Positions 28,757 through 43,000 of a DNA stretch of 64,000 nt are shown piece by piece. Made by a program: the position numbers and the translations under genes. How positions within the stretch are numbered: position 1 is the first letter of the stretch; each line of letters opens with the position of its first letter. The DNA comes from Schmidtea polychroa (lineage: Eukaryota). The stretch lies in contig CM097885.1 of the NCBI GenBank assembly GCA_044892525.1, positions 134,106,001-134,170,000 of the forward strand. Direction: 5' to 3'. The notes beneath the pieces are model-generated. The model made no database searches, was not told the origin of the DNA, and saw only the letters and a list, made by a program, of their open reading frames with translations.

Positions 28757-31700
28757 TAATTAACATCGATTTATTGTTCGATTCATCGATGATTCTACAG
28801 GATTACAAATTTTCACAAATATGACTGACTCAGGATATTGTGTCTTGTTCAAGTTTGAATGCTTAAACTATTTCCAAATTTTACTTTAATGGCCTCTTTA
28901 TTGGGGTAGTTTTTAGTTTGTGCTATTTATACTCATGACTCTATACCGAACTATAAACCGGCTTCCGGAGACACATACATCATCAAACAGATTTTTCGTG
29001 GGTGTCCACTCTTGTTTCCTTATGTGATTGGATCTTACTTAGATTCTCGTCATAATTACTATTATCCAAAGTAATTTTCAAATATTTTTGGGCAGAAATT
29101 CGCCCTGCTTCTCGATTTCTCAACTTTAGTTTTAGTTTCCAGTCATAACTGACATCATTCATACCACTCTGATTTTCAGTTTTATTTAATCTATATTAGA
29201 CTTCGGTGCCAATAATTTAATATAATTCTCCTTACCCTTATTTCTAGCTCTATTTAGTTCATCAATATTTGGAGTTATACATCTAAATTTTGGATAGGGA
29301 TCCACCTTTATTTTCAAGTCAAATTTTATCTATTCTAGCTTCTCTGTTCAACACAATCTTTCTTAAGTTTTGAGCAGGGATCCGGCCTTGTTTTCATTAA
29401 CCTTTTTTCTTACATTAATCACCGATATTTAAAGTTAACTTTCTAAATTTATTTTGAGCAGGGACATACCCTTATTCTTAGGTTTTCTTGCATTCGCCTT
29501 AGATTTTTTAGTGAGAAGTTCGTAATATTCTCTGATGTTGTTACGTTGTTACTCGCCTCACATAGCCCATTGGAAATTAGTGTTGAGTACTTAGTGTCCT
29601 ATAGTAAAGAATAAAAGTCGCAATATAAGAGTGAATGTTAAGTATATTGTCGAATTGCACTGAGTCAATTACCATTAATGAATATGAAATGTTGCTCTAC
29701 CCATACGGCCCACTGGACATTAGTGTGACGAGCTCTTATTGTTATACAATTGTATAATAAGACTTTGGAACTATCAACAAACTGAAAAGTTTTGACTCAG
29801 TTCCCGATATCTCTTCAATTATTTGATCCAGATATTGGAATTTTATTTTATATTTTCCAGGGCTTCCTTGTTCTGATTCTTGATTTTTCTCTTTTCGAAT
29901 TACTTGGTCAAAATTTTCCGAATACCACTCATTTTTTCGACGATATTCCTCAATCTCTTTGACTAATGCCCAGAAGTTGTTGATATTTTTGAAATACGAC
30001 GTCATGTATTTCGCTAACTCCACTGCTTATCTTCGTTGATTTCTTGCGTCTGATCTTAAAATTTCAATGAGTCCTTGACATTTACTATTATCTGTCGTCT
30101 TCTTTTCAATTCATATCAGTAGGACCTAGTTCATGTCTTTGAAGCGCATATATTCTTCACATTTCCGTTACATTTTCTGTGGTATCATCTTCGTAAGGTA
30201 GTGGGTCATCTTGGAGTTCTAATGCACCCTCATCTGTTTCTTAAATGATATTCTCCTCAAAGACCCCTTCTTTCATCTTCCATTTATTTTTTACTTCGTT
30301 CCAGATTCCTTACCATGATTTTTGTTTGCATTCTCTGGTATCAAACCACTGTTGGTGGATTCATATAATCTTCTTTGGTTTTAGGTAAGCTCCTTTCTGG
30401 GCTTCCTTCAATTTTTTACGTTGAGAGTATCTATTTGTTGATGCTTCATCTGCCGGCATGATTTTTTCGTTTGCTCGACATTCCATATACCTAATTCGCT
30501 TAAATAGGTATTTTCATCCATTGTAAGATGTGTTTATTGTATATCATAACAACATTTTCTAAATTTCCATCTTTGCTATTTGCTCGAGCTTTTCTATTAT
30601 TGTCTCGTTTATCATTTTCATTAGCTCATTGACTTGGTATTGATTTGTTATTGCAAGGACGTCTTGTTCTTCAGTGGGTAATCCTATAGTTACTATAGAT
30701 CTCCTTACTTTTTCATCATCAGCCTCCAGTATCTTTTGGTCAACCTGGTAATTTTATAGTTACCAAGTCTCATTATTTATGTGTCTCTGATATCGCTTAT
30801 GCACTCTTTCATTTTTATTGGCTTCTTATTGATTAACAAATCCCAAATACTCTCTATTTGATCTTCAATTTGGTGAATTAGTTTCTTTTGATTTCTTTTC
30901 ATGATATGTTTATCTCATTTTTCAGATAAGCATTTAGGTTGAAGTCATATTCTGCTTTGGTGCCCTTTACCTACTTGCGACTCGTTATTAGCGTCTTGTT
31001 CTTCGTTATTGTTAGTATCTTGTGTTCCCCGTGCCATATTAAAGCATTTTCTAGATGTATATTCGGTTTTATTCGCCAACCTCCTTGATATTTTAAGTAA
31101 TTTAATTGTTTGTTGATTAGTGGCTTTTCTCCATATGGTATAATACCACCTTCCATATTTTCTAACTTTAGCAACCCTTGCAAATATCGCTAAATCGAGG
31201 CTTGTTCTATGAATTTCATATTTCGCACAATGAGAGTGATCGTTTCTATGATATTCCGTATGAGTTCATCTTTATCTTGTACTAATTCGACTTCCGTTTC
31301 TTCATTTTCATTTTCCTTTTCGTCTTTATTTCTTGTATAGTTTGTTCATCGCTTTCTGGCCTTTATAACATTTCTCCTGCGAGACTACTTATATGACTTT
31401 TTCCATCTTCGGACGAACTTGACGTTTGAATAATAATAGAGTGAACGAGTTTGCTTTATGTTAGTAGTCAGGGTTAGCGATGTAGGTCAACAATCTAAAC
31501 CCCACACGATTAATCGGGATGTTCGATAACCCTATTGTTAGGTGACCACAGATGATACATGAAGTAGGTAAACAGCCACAGCTCTACATTTTGAATAAAT
31601 TTTAGATAACCAACTAGCATTAAAATTTTTAACATTTAAATTTAAAACATTCGAAAATAAATATTTAAAAATTCATATATATTAACTTCAATTTAAATTA

Positions 31701-31894
31701 GAAAATGTTTATTTCATTTTATCTCTGTTCATTTTTTAGAAATTCAATCTTAAATTTATATAATATTATTCAGTTAGATCATTATTATATGAAAAAACAG
31801 GAAATTAATTGGTATTCTACAATAAATGTTGATTAAAATTATTTATTGTTTTTGTTTAAATTTTGATAAATTATTTTACTAAATACAATATAAA

Positions 31895-32250
31895 ATGTCT
31901 TACATATGTTCGTATTGCAAAACTGGTATTATGAACACACCAGAGCAATACCAGACCCACATTAATGGATCAAAGCACAAGAAGAAAGCATTTCAACTAC
32001 AAGCTCCAGATAGTGGAATTGAATATGATGAATTTAAACCACATAAAACTGTAAGAAATGCTGCACCTTTCCAGCAGAAAATTGAAGATTTTCCTACTTT
32101 AACAAATGAAACGTAATCACTTATTATTTATGAATATTTTACCTATTTTAAAATAGGTTTTCGAATGGAACTAACGTTTTGGCATATTCAAATATTAGAA
32201 ATAATTTGTCTTCTGGAAACAGACCAATTGTTGTGTATGAAGAACCTGTT
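31895..32250 (+). CDS. Exons 31895-32112 and 32157-32250 encoding a matrin/JAZ-type (U1-like) C2H2 zinc finger
   Basis: CSYCKTGIMNTPEQYQTHINGSKHKKK fits C-x2-C-x13-H-x5-H followed by a basic tail. A 44-nt GT-AG intron keeps the frame. Possible further small exons at 32480-32507 and 32687-32770. Linkage to the downstream ADAD-like exons is unresolved. Confidence 0.75.
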
Positions 32251-34071
32251 GTAAGAATTGCTTTATAACATTTAAAATTTTAAATATATTTTTTAAAATT
32301 TAATTTCCACTTTTATTAAAAATACACTATAACGGCGCCATTAAGGGTACAAAGAGCAATACGAGATAAACCGGAGTTTTAACCGACTAAATATTTATTG
32401 TATCCTTTCTTATAGTTAATCATTTTTAATTCAAGGAACATTTTAAAAACCTTTAGAATAACATTTGACTTTATTTTAGCGTTTTCTCGAGAGTGACTCA
32501 ATTACAGGTTATGTGTTACTTGAACTTGATTCTTAGTTTTGAATAAATCAACAGCATAGGATTTCCCGTGACAGAAAATTTAATTAATTTTCTTACAAGT
32601 CTTATTTGATCTAAAAACAAAGAAGTGATTTGTTAAATTTATATTAAAAACAAGCATATTTAATATCATAATAATATACATTTTAGAACATATTATTGAG
32701 AGTTTAGGTACTTTTGTGCTGTCCAATTTTAGCACTAGAATGCAACAATTTTTTCGTTATCTTGATTCAAGTAAAAACATTATATACAGTTTATTGGCTT
32801 TTAAATTATCAATTTATCAAAGAACATTTTATTATAAATCTCGTTAGTAAAATGTATATATATATATATATTTAAATTTTAATTAATTATTACACAATCA
32901 CGGGATGTTTCTAATTTATCACTTGTTTTTATAAATATTTGTACGACAAATTTTTGTTAATTTAGAAGTTTCTAAATCATGCCCCTTAAACTCTCTTGTT
33001 TAAGCATTGGCTTTAGTAAATATTTTCACTGGATAAGTCAATTATAATTTCTTGCTCTGTCTAAGATGACTCGGACGTTCCCATAACCGTTTTAATTTCC
33101 GACTTGACTTTGTTTTTCAAAATAATTTGGTGGAAGCTGCAAATCAACGCGTAATTCTGAAATTGTGAATAAATGATTTTCTGGAACATTAATAATCTAA
33201 AATTATTTTAGTTGGTTAATTCCACTATTTTTATCCCTTAACTTCTCTACCTGAAACAATAGTATTTTGTTGATTGAAGTCATAAGCATTTTCGTTTCGA
33301 AATAATTCCTTTTTTCACATGTTTCTCGATATTTTTCGGTTCTGTCGGGTTTTATAAATAATCTGATTTCTAGTATTCATTATTTTAACGACTAAACTAA
33401 GCATTAAAATCTGATAAAGGAAATTATGTGCAGTTTTAAAAAACCTTAAGTTTTCAATTAATTTGATTTTTATATTTTAACATCAAATATAGCTCCATAT
33501 TATTTGTTATATATGTTTATCTTCAATATTTTCGTTTCTAGTTAAATTAATTACATTTTTATTAATTTTACGCGACCACAACAGAATTTTTACAGATTTG
33601 TCAATATCTGCATAAATCAAAAATTGATAATTAAAGTTCATAAGGTAAAACGCCAAAAGTGTCAATTGATTATTAAAACACTTTTCTTTAATATTGCTTT
33701 TATATTTAATTTTATAAATTGTACAAGTAATTAATTTTAAATATTTAATTTATTAATAATTAATTTTACACATGGCAAATAATAATGCAAGTAATTTAAT
33801 ATTAAATCCCTTAGGTTTTTGGGAAGTTTTAATAATATAATTGGATCTAGTTTCTTTTTCAGAATCAAAAGGGTTTAATTAAAAAATAAATTATTTAAGT
33901 TAAAAGAAAAATTTATTAAATCTTTAGTTTCTTCTACCCTACTTGATGATGGTAAGGTGTCGAAATATCTCGCAAAACGGAAGTTTGCGAGACGCTTCTT
34001 ATTTTAATAACTTAAAATTTTTTATTATTTACATAATTAATAATTTCTATTATTTACCTATTATTAAATAG

Positions 34072-37000
34072 CATCATGAAGATTGTTTTGAGGAAGATGA
34101 ATTTCGTACAGTAGACGAAGTATTTTACAACGAAAATTCTAAAATTGAATCGGCTAGATATATTGTTAGTAGTTATTTAAAAAATCAAAAAACTGCAGCT
34201 CAAGCTCTTAATGAAATAGCCAAAGCAATGGTATGGGAATTAGACTTTGAACCTGTTCATTCTAAAACTTTACGATATGCAATGGCGGTTTTAATCAGTG
34301 GTAATGAATTTGCTGTTGGTGAAGGAGAAAATAAGAAAGATGCCAAACAAAATGCAGCAGCAGAAGCTATTAGTGAAATAAAAATAAGGCTTAAAAGACA
34401 AAATAGGAACGGCCATGTACCAAATAATACCACTAAAACAAAACAAGCGAATCATAGTTCTGATGAATCACCAGCTGATAGTTATCGAAAGATTGCTATT
34501 ACAAAATATGAAGAGTTACGGGAGAGTTTTCGAAGAACATGTTCAATGCCTAAAAGGTTTTATCGCATTTTGTTTGCTATTCATCATATATAATCAAATC
34601 AACTCAGATACGCTGCATTTATAATAACGGAAAGGTTTGATCAGCACGCAAAAGAAGGTTCAGTTGTTGCTTTCGGTGCTGGCAAAGGAGTTGGAAAATA
34701 TGATAATTTAGCAGAAAATCGGGTAAATATTTACGTTTTAAATACTTTTTTTAACATAAAGATATAACTTCGAAGGCAAATTATCTAAAGCAAATAACCT
34801 CAAATATTTCATTCTTAAAATGTTCCATAAATTTTTCAAAAATCAATTTTGACATTTAAACATTCAGATTATCACTTATTTTCGGTGTTTGGATCAATAA
34901 ATGACGTTTAATTATTATTTTAGTTCGTGAATTTACGCTTCATATAAATTTATGGTTGCTAACTGTAATTGTGTGATTGGATACATGCCATCCAATCAGA
35001 TTCAAATGACCATTTTAGCATAGACAAAAGATAAAATTGTTTCGGGTCCGGTCAAAAGGCATCAAATGATTTTCGTGGTGACGATATGGAAGGTTATTTG
35101 AGTTACCTTAGTGTCACGCGACATTAAGGCATGCTGTCAATGGCGTAGCTAGAAATTTTGGGCCCCTATGCAATGAGTCATAGATGGGCCCCCTATACTG
35201 CATACACAAGTGAAATAGGTGCGGAGCACCATAGCGTCACAGCGAAAAAATTGAATTAGACCAGGTTTTCCCAAACTTTTCCTGCGATGGAACACTTCGT
35301 AACTCTCGAAATTTTGATGGGACACCTTGTTTATTTTGTACGGTATGAGACCAGTGGCGTAGGCCTACCCAAGATTTTTTAAGGGGAGGGGAAAGTGTTA
35401 ATTGAAAGAAGGGCTTATAGTTACAGAGGAGTGTTGCGTCGGAGGCAAAAAATTTTTCTGGGTCCTATTTGGAAAGACGATTTAATTAAATAATTTGAGC
35501 TCAATATACAATATAACAGTATAAATCGTTATAAAATGATAGTAATGTATGAGGGACAAATGTGTAAAGCCGACAAGCGAAACAATTTTTTCGACTCCTA
35601 TATGAATGGGTGATTTACTTAGATAACTAAAGTTGCTTGCTTATACAGTATATTATTAGCGAGGGAGAGACAGAGGGGATTGCATAAATAGGTATAATGC
35701 AGGTAAATAATGTACTCAATGCAATATCTAAACAAAACAGTGAAGCTTTATTACATAAAACCACAAATCGATCATTTGGAGGTCCCTGTTGACTGGTGCC
35801 GACCGTACCGTTGTTTTACATTGTTTTCTGAAGAAAATTAAAGAAACTTGTAAAATGCCCCCCCCCCCCCTGTCTTGTGGGCCCCTATGCATTGCTTACT
35901 CTTGCTATATGGTAACTACGCCACTGCATGCTGTATCATATAGTTCAGTGACATTTTTTTAAACGATTTCAAAATTTTAGGGCACACGAAAGTTTCTATA
36001 ATACACGTTTGTGTGTGCATCAGTGAATATGACTCACCATTTATGAGAAAATGAAGTTATTTACTTCATTTATTCAATTTTATAAATAGTTTTTATAAGT
36101 AAGTTTTTTAAATTTAAATAACTTTTAAGGCTTGAATTTTGATTTTATATAATTATGAGATCATTTCGCGTCACAGTGGTTGAGAATCACTGATATTGTT
36201 GAATAACTCACTTACAATTCACTACATTTTTTGTATTTGATTAGTAATCGTTTGTTTTGACTTTATACTAACAGCTTAAATATCAGAATAGGCTTACTCG
36301 AGTCAGCTTTCGGTTTATCATTTTTCGGTTTTATGAAGAATAGATATGTATAAGAAAACATTTTTTTTATAATTTTATCGTAAACAGTTAAAGAGTGCAC
36401 GTATTTCTAATTTATTTTGTCAAGTTATTATTATTATTATTATTATTATTGGTTAAAATGTAAGTTTAAATTCCTGTTTCTACATTTCCAATATGGATTT
36501 CCCGAAAAACAAATATATAGAATAAGTCAAGCAAAAGTCTTGAAACCGGAGTTCGTTTAATAATATCTAGTGAAAAGTTTGATTTTCCAAATCTAATTGC
36601 CGGGTCACACTACCAAAAAAGCCTTCATTTATATATTTAAAATAAAATGGCTTTATTAATTATCTTTTTTCCTCTGTTCCAAAGCATGGCAACTTTATTT
36701 TTTAAAGATGATTGTTAGAAATTAAGTAACCATTTTCCGCCAATTTAAACGTTTGCGCACATATGGGATAAGTATTACCGTATTTTAGCGCATATAACGC
36801 GCGCGTTATACGCATTTTTACAAACCGTGCACCCCCCATGCGCGGTATCTGTGGGTGCGCGCTTTATGATTTATATTTTACACGTGGCGGCATTGCCAGT
36901 GGAAATATTTTTATGATGTGACAGTAACCCTACCATCGGTTTTATTGTTTATTGTAATCAGATACCGCGCGCGTTATATGCGCTAAAATACGGTAAACTC

Positions 37001-40000
37001 CCTGATTGAATATATGAAGAGATAAAGTAAGTTTAATATGCTTTGAAAGTTGTAATTTTTACATCAATTTAATATTTTGAATTCATTAACAATTATCCCA
37101 TATTTATTTTTCAACATAAATCGGTCAAAGCACGTAGTATGTTTGTTAGTCAATCTCAAACGCCGGTTGGATTGTGTTCGGATCTCGTTTATCAATTCAC
37201 ATGTAATTGGTGTAATGCCACATACATTCCCGTCATCTGTGTACTCGAGTTCAAGAACACTGTCGACTGAAGGGAGTGTCCAATATTAAGGATCATAATA
37301 AAGTCTGTATGAGAGGATTAGGAATGTTGGATTTTAAAATCTTATTAAAAAATTTTGATAATTGTTTTGAGAGTGTGATATGTGAAACATTATTGATAAG
37401 AACTTAGAATCCTAAAATCAATGTGCAGTATGCAGTGAATACGTGTGTTGAATGGTTTTAATTAGGTTTTTGTTTGTTGATGTATATTGAATAATAGTTC
37501 TGTTAAATAATTAAAATAATATTTTTTAAAGAGATTTAAAAGTGAAAAATAATTGTTTGTTGAAAATTATTTTTGAAAATAATTATTTAAAATTGTTATT
37601 TATAATTTAAAAATTTATAGATTTTATAATTTGTTTATTAATTATCAATATTTTATAGCTATTCATCTCTAGTTAATGTATGTAACCTGATGATGATAGT
37701 GATGCTATCGAAATATATTCTGAAAAAGATGTACGAATGGCGATTTATATTTATTTTATTGTTCATAATTAATTTGTAAACATGCATTTTATGTGATTTC
37801 AGATAAAATTTTTATTAATAAAACTTATTATTTTCAGGGATATTTTGTAAAAAACTTTGATGCTCTTATAATAGCAAAGCGATCTCTTCAATGTTTCTTT
37901 TATAATCAAATTTTGCTTTTACTTGACAAAAAACGGTCAAATCTTAAAGGAGAGAAAATATATTTCGAAGTGGCCAAAAATGGATATATTACTTTAAGAC
38001 ACGGCTGTCGTTTACATTTATATATGAGCCATGCTCCAAAAGGTGACTGTGTCGAATCAATTCCTCGAGATTGGGAAGTATGAAATTATTATATCTTTTT
38101 GTATAAATTTTTAAAATTACATAAATAATTTTCATCCGGGGGTCACATATGGAAAAGTTACATCTTGAGAGTCACGGCAACTTTTCTGTAGCTACGATGC
38201 AGTCAAAATTAAGAAATATAAAAAAACAAATTAAATTCAATACTTAGATTACGCCCAAATATATATATATATATATATATTATTAAGCAAAAATTAAATC
38301 GATATTGATATAATAAATTGATATAATAAATGATATTTGAATAATAATAATAATTCTAATACTATTAAGAATTTAATGAAAATATTAAATGTAAAACTAT
38401 CATTATATATTTTCGAAGTTATCTACTAAAACTAATTACTTCAATGTCGAGTAATGTGGCGCTCAGTCTTCGTCTAGTGACAGATTTATAGAATTTATAA
38501 TTAATTTAATACTTTAATTATTAGAAAAGCCACATGAACATCACTTATACATTCCAAAATGAATTTGTCCTCATTATTTATTACTTATTTTTCTAAAAAT
38601 TTGAAATTCTTAATTTTATATATATATAATTTTTTTCACATAATAAAACAATTACGTATCGAAAGTACACATGCATTTTTATTGTGTTTGTGTTCAATTT
38701 AGTTCTTCTACAACTTTATTCTATTACATTTTCTATAATTTTAAAAAAATCAATAAATTTTATCTTACGTGTTGTTTTGCACTGTTTAGCTCGCTGATTG
38801 AGTAGTAGTCGCAAACTTTTCGTCATGTTATACAGGGGAGTCCATTGTTTGTTGAAAATTTTGTTTCGAGCGAAAACACCTTCATTATAGAATTTAACTT
38901 GGTCAGAAAAATAACTTCCCTCGCAAAATTCCTATAAAAATAAAGACTTTTGTTATTAAGGTTTGTTATTAAAAATTCTTTTAAAATAATGAATTATTAA
39001 GTTATTTTTTATTCATAAATTTTCTTTCAATTACTAATAAATAATAAACTTATTTAATTCATTTTCAGTTAAAAATTATACCTAAAATTCAAGCATTTAT
39101 TAATATAATTTTTATTAAAATATAATCGATTAATTATATAAAATCTATACATCAAAATTACTTTTAATTAAATAAATATTACAATATATAAGAACTTTTT
39201 TTGACTTTTACCTCATATTTCTTTTCATTTTCAATTGAAATTATATTAAATAAAAAATTGACTATAAAGATATCGATGTTTTTTTATATCTTTACAGATT
39301 CATTGTCTATTTTTTGATAAAAATAATGTCAACTATTACAATGTAAAATGACTTGATTAACAGGCCTTATAAATCAATTTTAGGAGTGTAGTGTGTCAAT
39401 CCAACACGCTAGAAAAATGTTATCGAGTGAAATCAGTTGTATAAGTTTACACCTGTTTACATAATAACATCTATATTATTAAATAAATATACCAAACTTC
39501 CTCGTGTGTTGATTTTTAATGTTGCACAAAAAACATTATTTAGACCATTAACGCCCAAAAGAAAACTGCAAGTAAAAAAATCTTTATTTATTATGACATT
39601 GGGTAAATTAGAACATTTATAACAAAAAAATATGGAGAAAATCACATTTTTTCGTAGACTTACTAGTGCCGTCTATTGTTGAAATGGGTAATCATTATAG
39701 AAAAACATGAAATCACGCCTTTAACAAGTGTACCTATGTGAGTACATTAGGTTGGTAATTGGTTAATATAGAATTTAGAAAGTGGTAGAAAAAATAACAC
39801 ACAACATATAATAAAGAATGCATGCAATCTTCGATGTGTAAATGTTGTATGAAGAAACAAATAAAAATTTAGAATTTAATTCTAAAAACTCCAATCTTAC
39901 TATTTGGGTTGTCGAGAAAATTCATTTTAAACGGTAATTATGAAGACCACAAAGTTCATTTAGCTATATAATTTACTAATATGGAGATAAATTTATAAGT

Positions 40001-43000
40001 CAATATAAAAAAAATTAAACACTATTTTATTAATATTCGCCAATTTTGCCAAAAATGGATAAATAAAAAGAAAATGTATGGCCAATAATATAAAAACCGT
40101 TAAAATTATTCAAACTTGAAATGCTAAAATATTGGTTTGCACACAAATTTTTATTATACAGTGCATTGTCATAAGTAGATGGATGCACGAGAAAAATTAT
40201 AATTGTTAACGCCCATGAAAAAGAACGAGTCTTATCCATGAAAAACGATTATATTTCTCTCATATCTGGTAGTTTTTGTTCCCATTCCTTATGAAGGGTG
40301 ACCAAAAGACTTGCAGCTGATGTTGGCTTGCATTGTGGCTTTCTTAAGAGAGAGCATACATTTTCAATGGGATTCCTCTCTGGTGATTGTGTACTCTATT
40401 TGAGGCAGGAAATTCCATGTTCCTATAACCAGGTCTTTGTTGATCATGCAATGTATTAAGGTGCATAAAATATGAATGTTCTCTTCATATGTTACCGTTC
40501 TCATAGATGGGAAGAAGGGTCTCATGAAGTATTTGACGGTAAACTGGAGATGACAGAATTTTGATTTTCCATTGAACCAAATAGCTACACACACCATGAC
40601 AGAGATGCTGCGTTTTTCAGTGGATTGGGGACAAGTGTTATGGTGTTCTTGATCCGGACGACGCCACACTCAAACACGACCATTGTTGCAGAACTGCTGC
40701 AAGGAACTCTCATCACTAAAGATAACACGTTTCCAAAAGTAATGAGACTTTTTTCGATTGGTAATATTCATGAGTGTCAGAATTGGCTTTCGTCTTGTAA
40801 GCTCTGCCATTGTATCCCAAACTCTTCAAATAACGCATTTCAGTAGACACAGATATAGAAGTTTCTTTCGCTATATGGTAGCTGTTGTACAATGACTTCA
40901 TCTCACAGGCTGAACAATACGCTCAGATGGTTTTGGTCGTCCACTATGAGGGTTGACACTGGATTTTCCTGAATTACGAAATTCACACAATATTGTTCAC
41001 TGTCGACATGCAAAGTAGCCGCAATATTTCTTTGTGATCTTCCGGACTCACATTGGCCAATAATTCGACCTCTTAAAACACCTGATAGTTCACTGGTACC
41101 TGGAATGCGTGGCATGATTAAAACAAGTGTGAAAACACGTGGAAATGAGCTCTGTTATATAGGCAATGGGAAGCTACTAATCAATCATAATTAGGCTTCT
41201 CACAACGACTAACGATAGGATGATGCAAATTTTGAACTTTATTTTAGTTCTTTCAATGTGATGTTATTGATGATTTTAAGGATATTTTCTATTTTATGGG
41301 GTGTCCATTTACTTATGACAATAATCTGTAGATGTTAATATTCCATGAATCCAGGTGTATACGATTTCGTAAACGATGCACATACACATTTTCAATATGT
41401 AATAACATGTAAAATTTTCTTTTATAATTATTTGAAAGGTTGTGAGAAATGGTTGAATGTATTTTTGAAGACCTTATTTTGATTTTTCGAAGAAATAGGT
41501 TTACCTCTATCTTAGAAGATGATTAGTTATACATAAAAGTTCGGTTTGATATTTAATTTACAAATATATAAAATTAACTCAAAATAAGAATCGACGAATT
41601 CTAATAAAATTAGAAATATTTGGACATTAATTTGTAATAAAAATATTTTTAGTTTAAACCGTAATAAATTCATAAACAATTTTTTGAAAAATAATGTTAT
41701 GAATAAAAGTAGATATAATAAATTTAAAACAAATAAAATTGTCGATAATAATTAGCATTGAATAGCTCAATGGAATCAAAATACAATCACTAATTTGCAT
41801 TTTAAAGTTAATTAGCTGAGCCATTTCTAAAATAGCTTTTAAAAGTTTCTCATTATTTTTCTATTGAATGTTGTGGAATTATATAGTAAAAGTGCAACTA
41901 CTATTAAATTTGATGGTTTTCTCGTTTAAAAAGACGCATAATAATAATTTTGATGCCACTAGTAAGACATTTTTAATAAATTTTTTATAGTATAAATTAT
42001 TTATTATTTTGTTACATAAGCGGTTTTAAGATATTACAGCGCCTTTATGTTGTCATGCCTGAAAATGTTAGTTTGTTATTCAAACTAAACAGACGACTAA
42101 ATTTAACATTTTGTATATTTTCTCAGGAACCCTTAAGATTGCCAGTTAAAGAAATTGAACGTGATAGATGTGGTATCATGGATCCTATAATGTATATGAG
42201 TTACAGTCAAAATGCACTTTTGAAGGAACCGGGACATATTAGGGTGTTACGTCCCGATTCAGATGATGAATGGATCAGCTTAGTCTCTTTCCGAGTGAAA
42301 AATAAATTAAATCGAAATGTTACAATGTCTCCCACTGATAAACTAATGAGCTGGATTCATCTGGGAATACAGGGTGCATTATTATCTCATTTAATGAACC
42401 CCGTTTATTTGTACAGTATTCAAGTACTTAATGACATTTTTTAAATGGTTTTCTAATAGAATATTAGTTTGGTAAAGATTATATGCATGAACACATTTCA
42501 AGAGCTCTCTTATGCAGAGTGCCTCTTGAAAATATTATTAGTAATAGAGGTCCTTATTATGATACTATAAAATATTTCGATCCATATATTGAACGTGTAA
42601 CTGAAATGGATTCGGATCAAATCAAGTCTGATATTTATGAGAACCCCAAGTAAGTCTTAACTTTGCTAAATTTCATTATTGATTACATATTTAAATAAGC
42701 GCATTTAAAACCCGAAGATTATAAACATTTTATTTAACAATAATTCTCAAGGATTTCTAATGAAATTAAAGATATATCCATATTTTAGTATCATATATTT
42801 ATATCCAGTGCCTTCTTGAATTAAAAATAGCGTTTATTTAATAGGGTAAAAATGAAAATTTTTCTAAATTGTAATTGAATTGACCATGAATCATTGTGTT
42901 AAAATTGTAATTTTGAGTGAAAATCACCTATTTTGAGGTGACCTTGAATGTCTTTATTATTTACAGATAAAAGAACTGTTTTTCAAAGTTTTAGTTTTGC

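Larger units (their letters stand above)
26700..31400 (-). mobile_element. Degenerate LTR retroelement (gag-like, integrase relic, env-like ORF)
   Basis: Largely one-frame decayed ORF 30780-29742 ending LLIVPKSY; integrase-like SNGLCEASN near 29570; env-like ORF 28756-27478. No PR/RT/RNase H recognised. LTR boundaries not resolved; coordinates approximate. Confidence 0.55.

Noticed and set aside
29500-29740. Solo LTR on the plus strand
   Set aside because: The minus strand gives an integrase-like SNGLCEASN in the expected position, so it is read as decayed pol.
37655-37730. Extra ADAD exon (PDDDSDAIEIYSEKD)
   Set aside because: Stops occur in the needed frame, the flanking exons already align without an insertion, and the sequence is better explained as the Penelope hammerhead motif.
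38830-39760. Tc1/mariner-like non-autonomous element (also 1420-1560 and 47745-48800)
   Set aside because: Only one plausible terminus each; partner TIR and TSD could not be confirmed.
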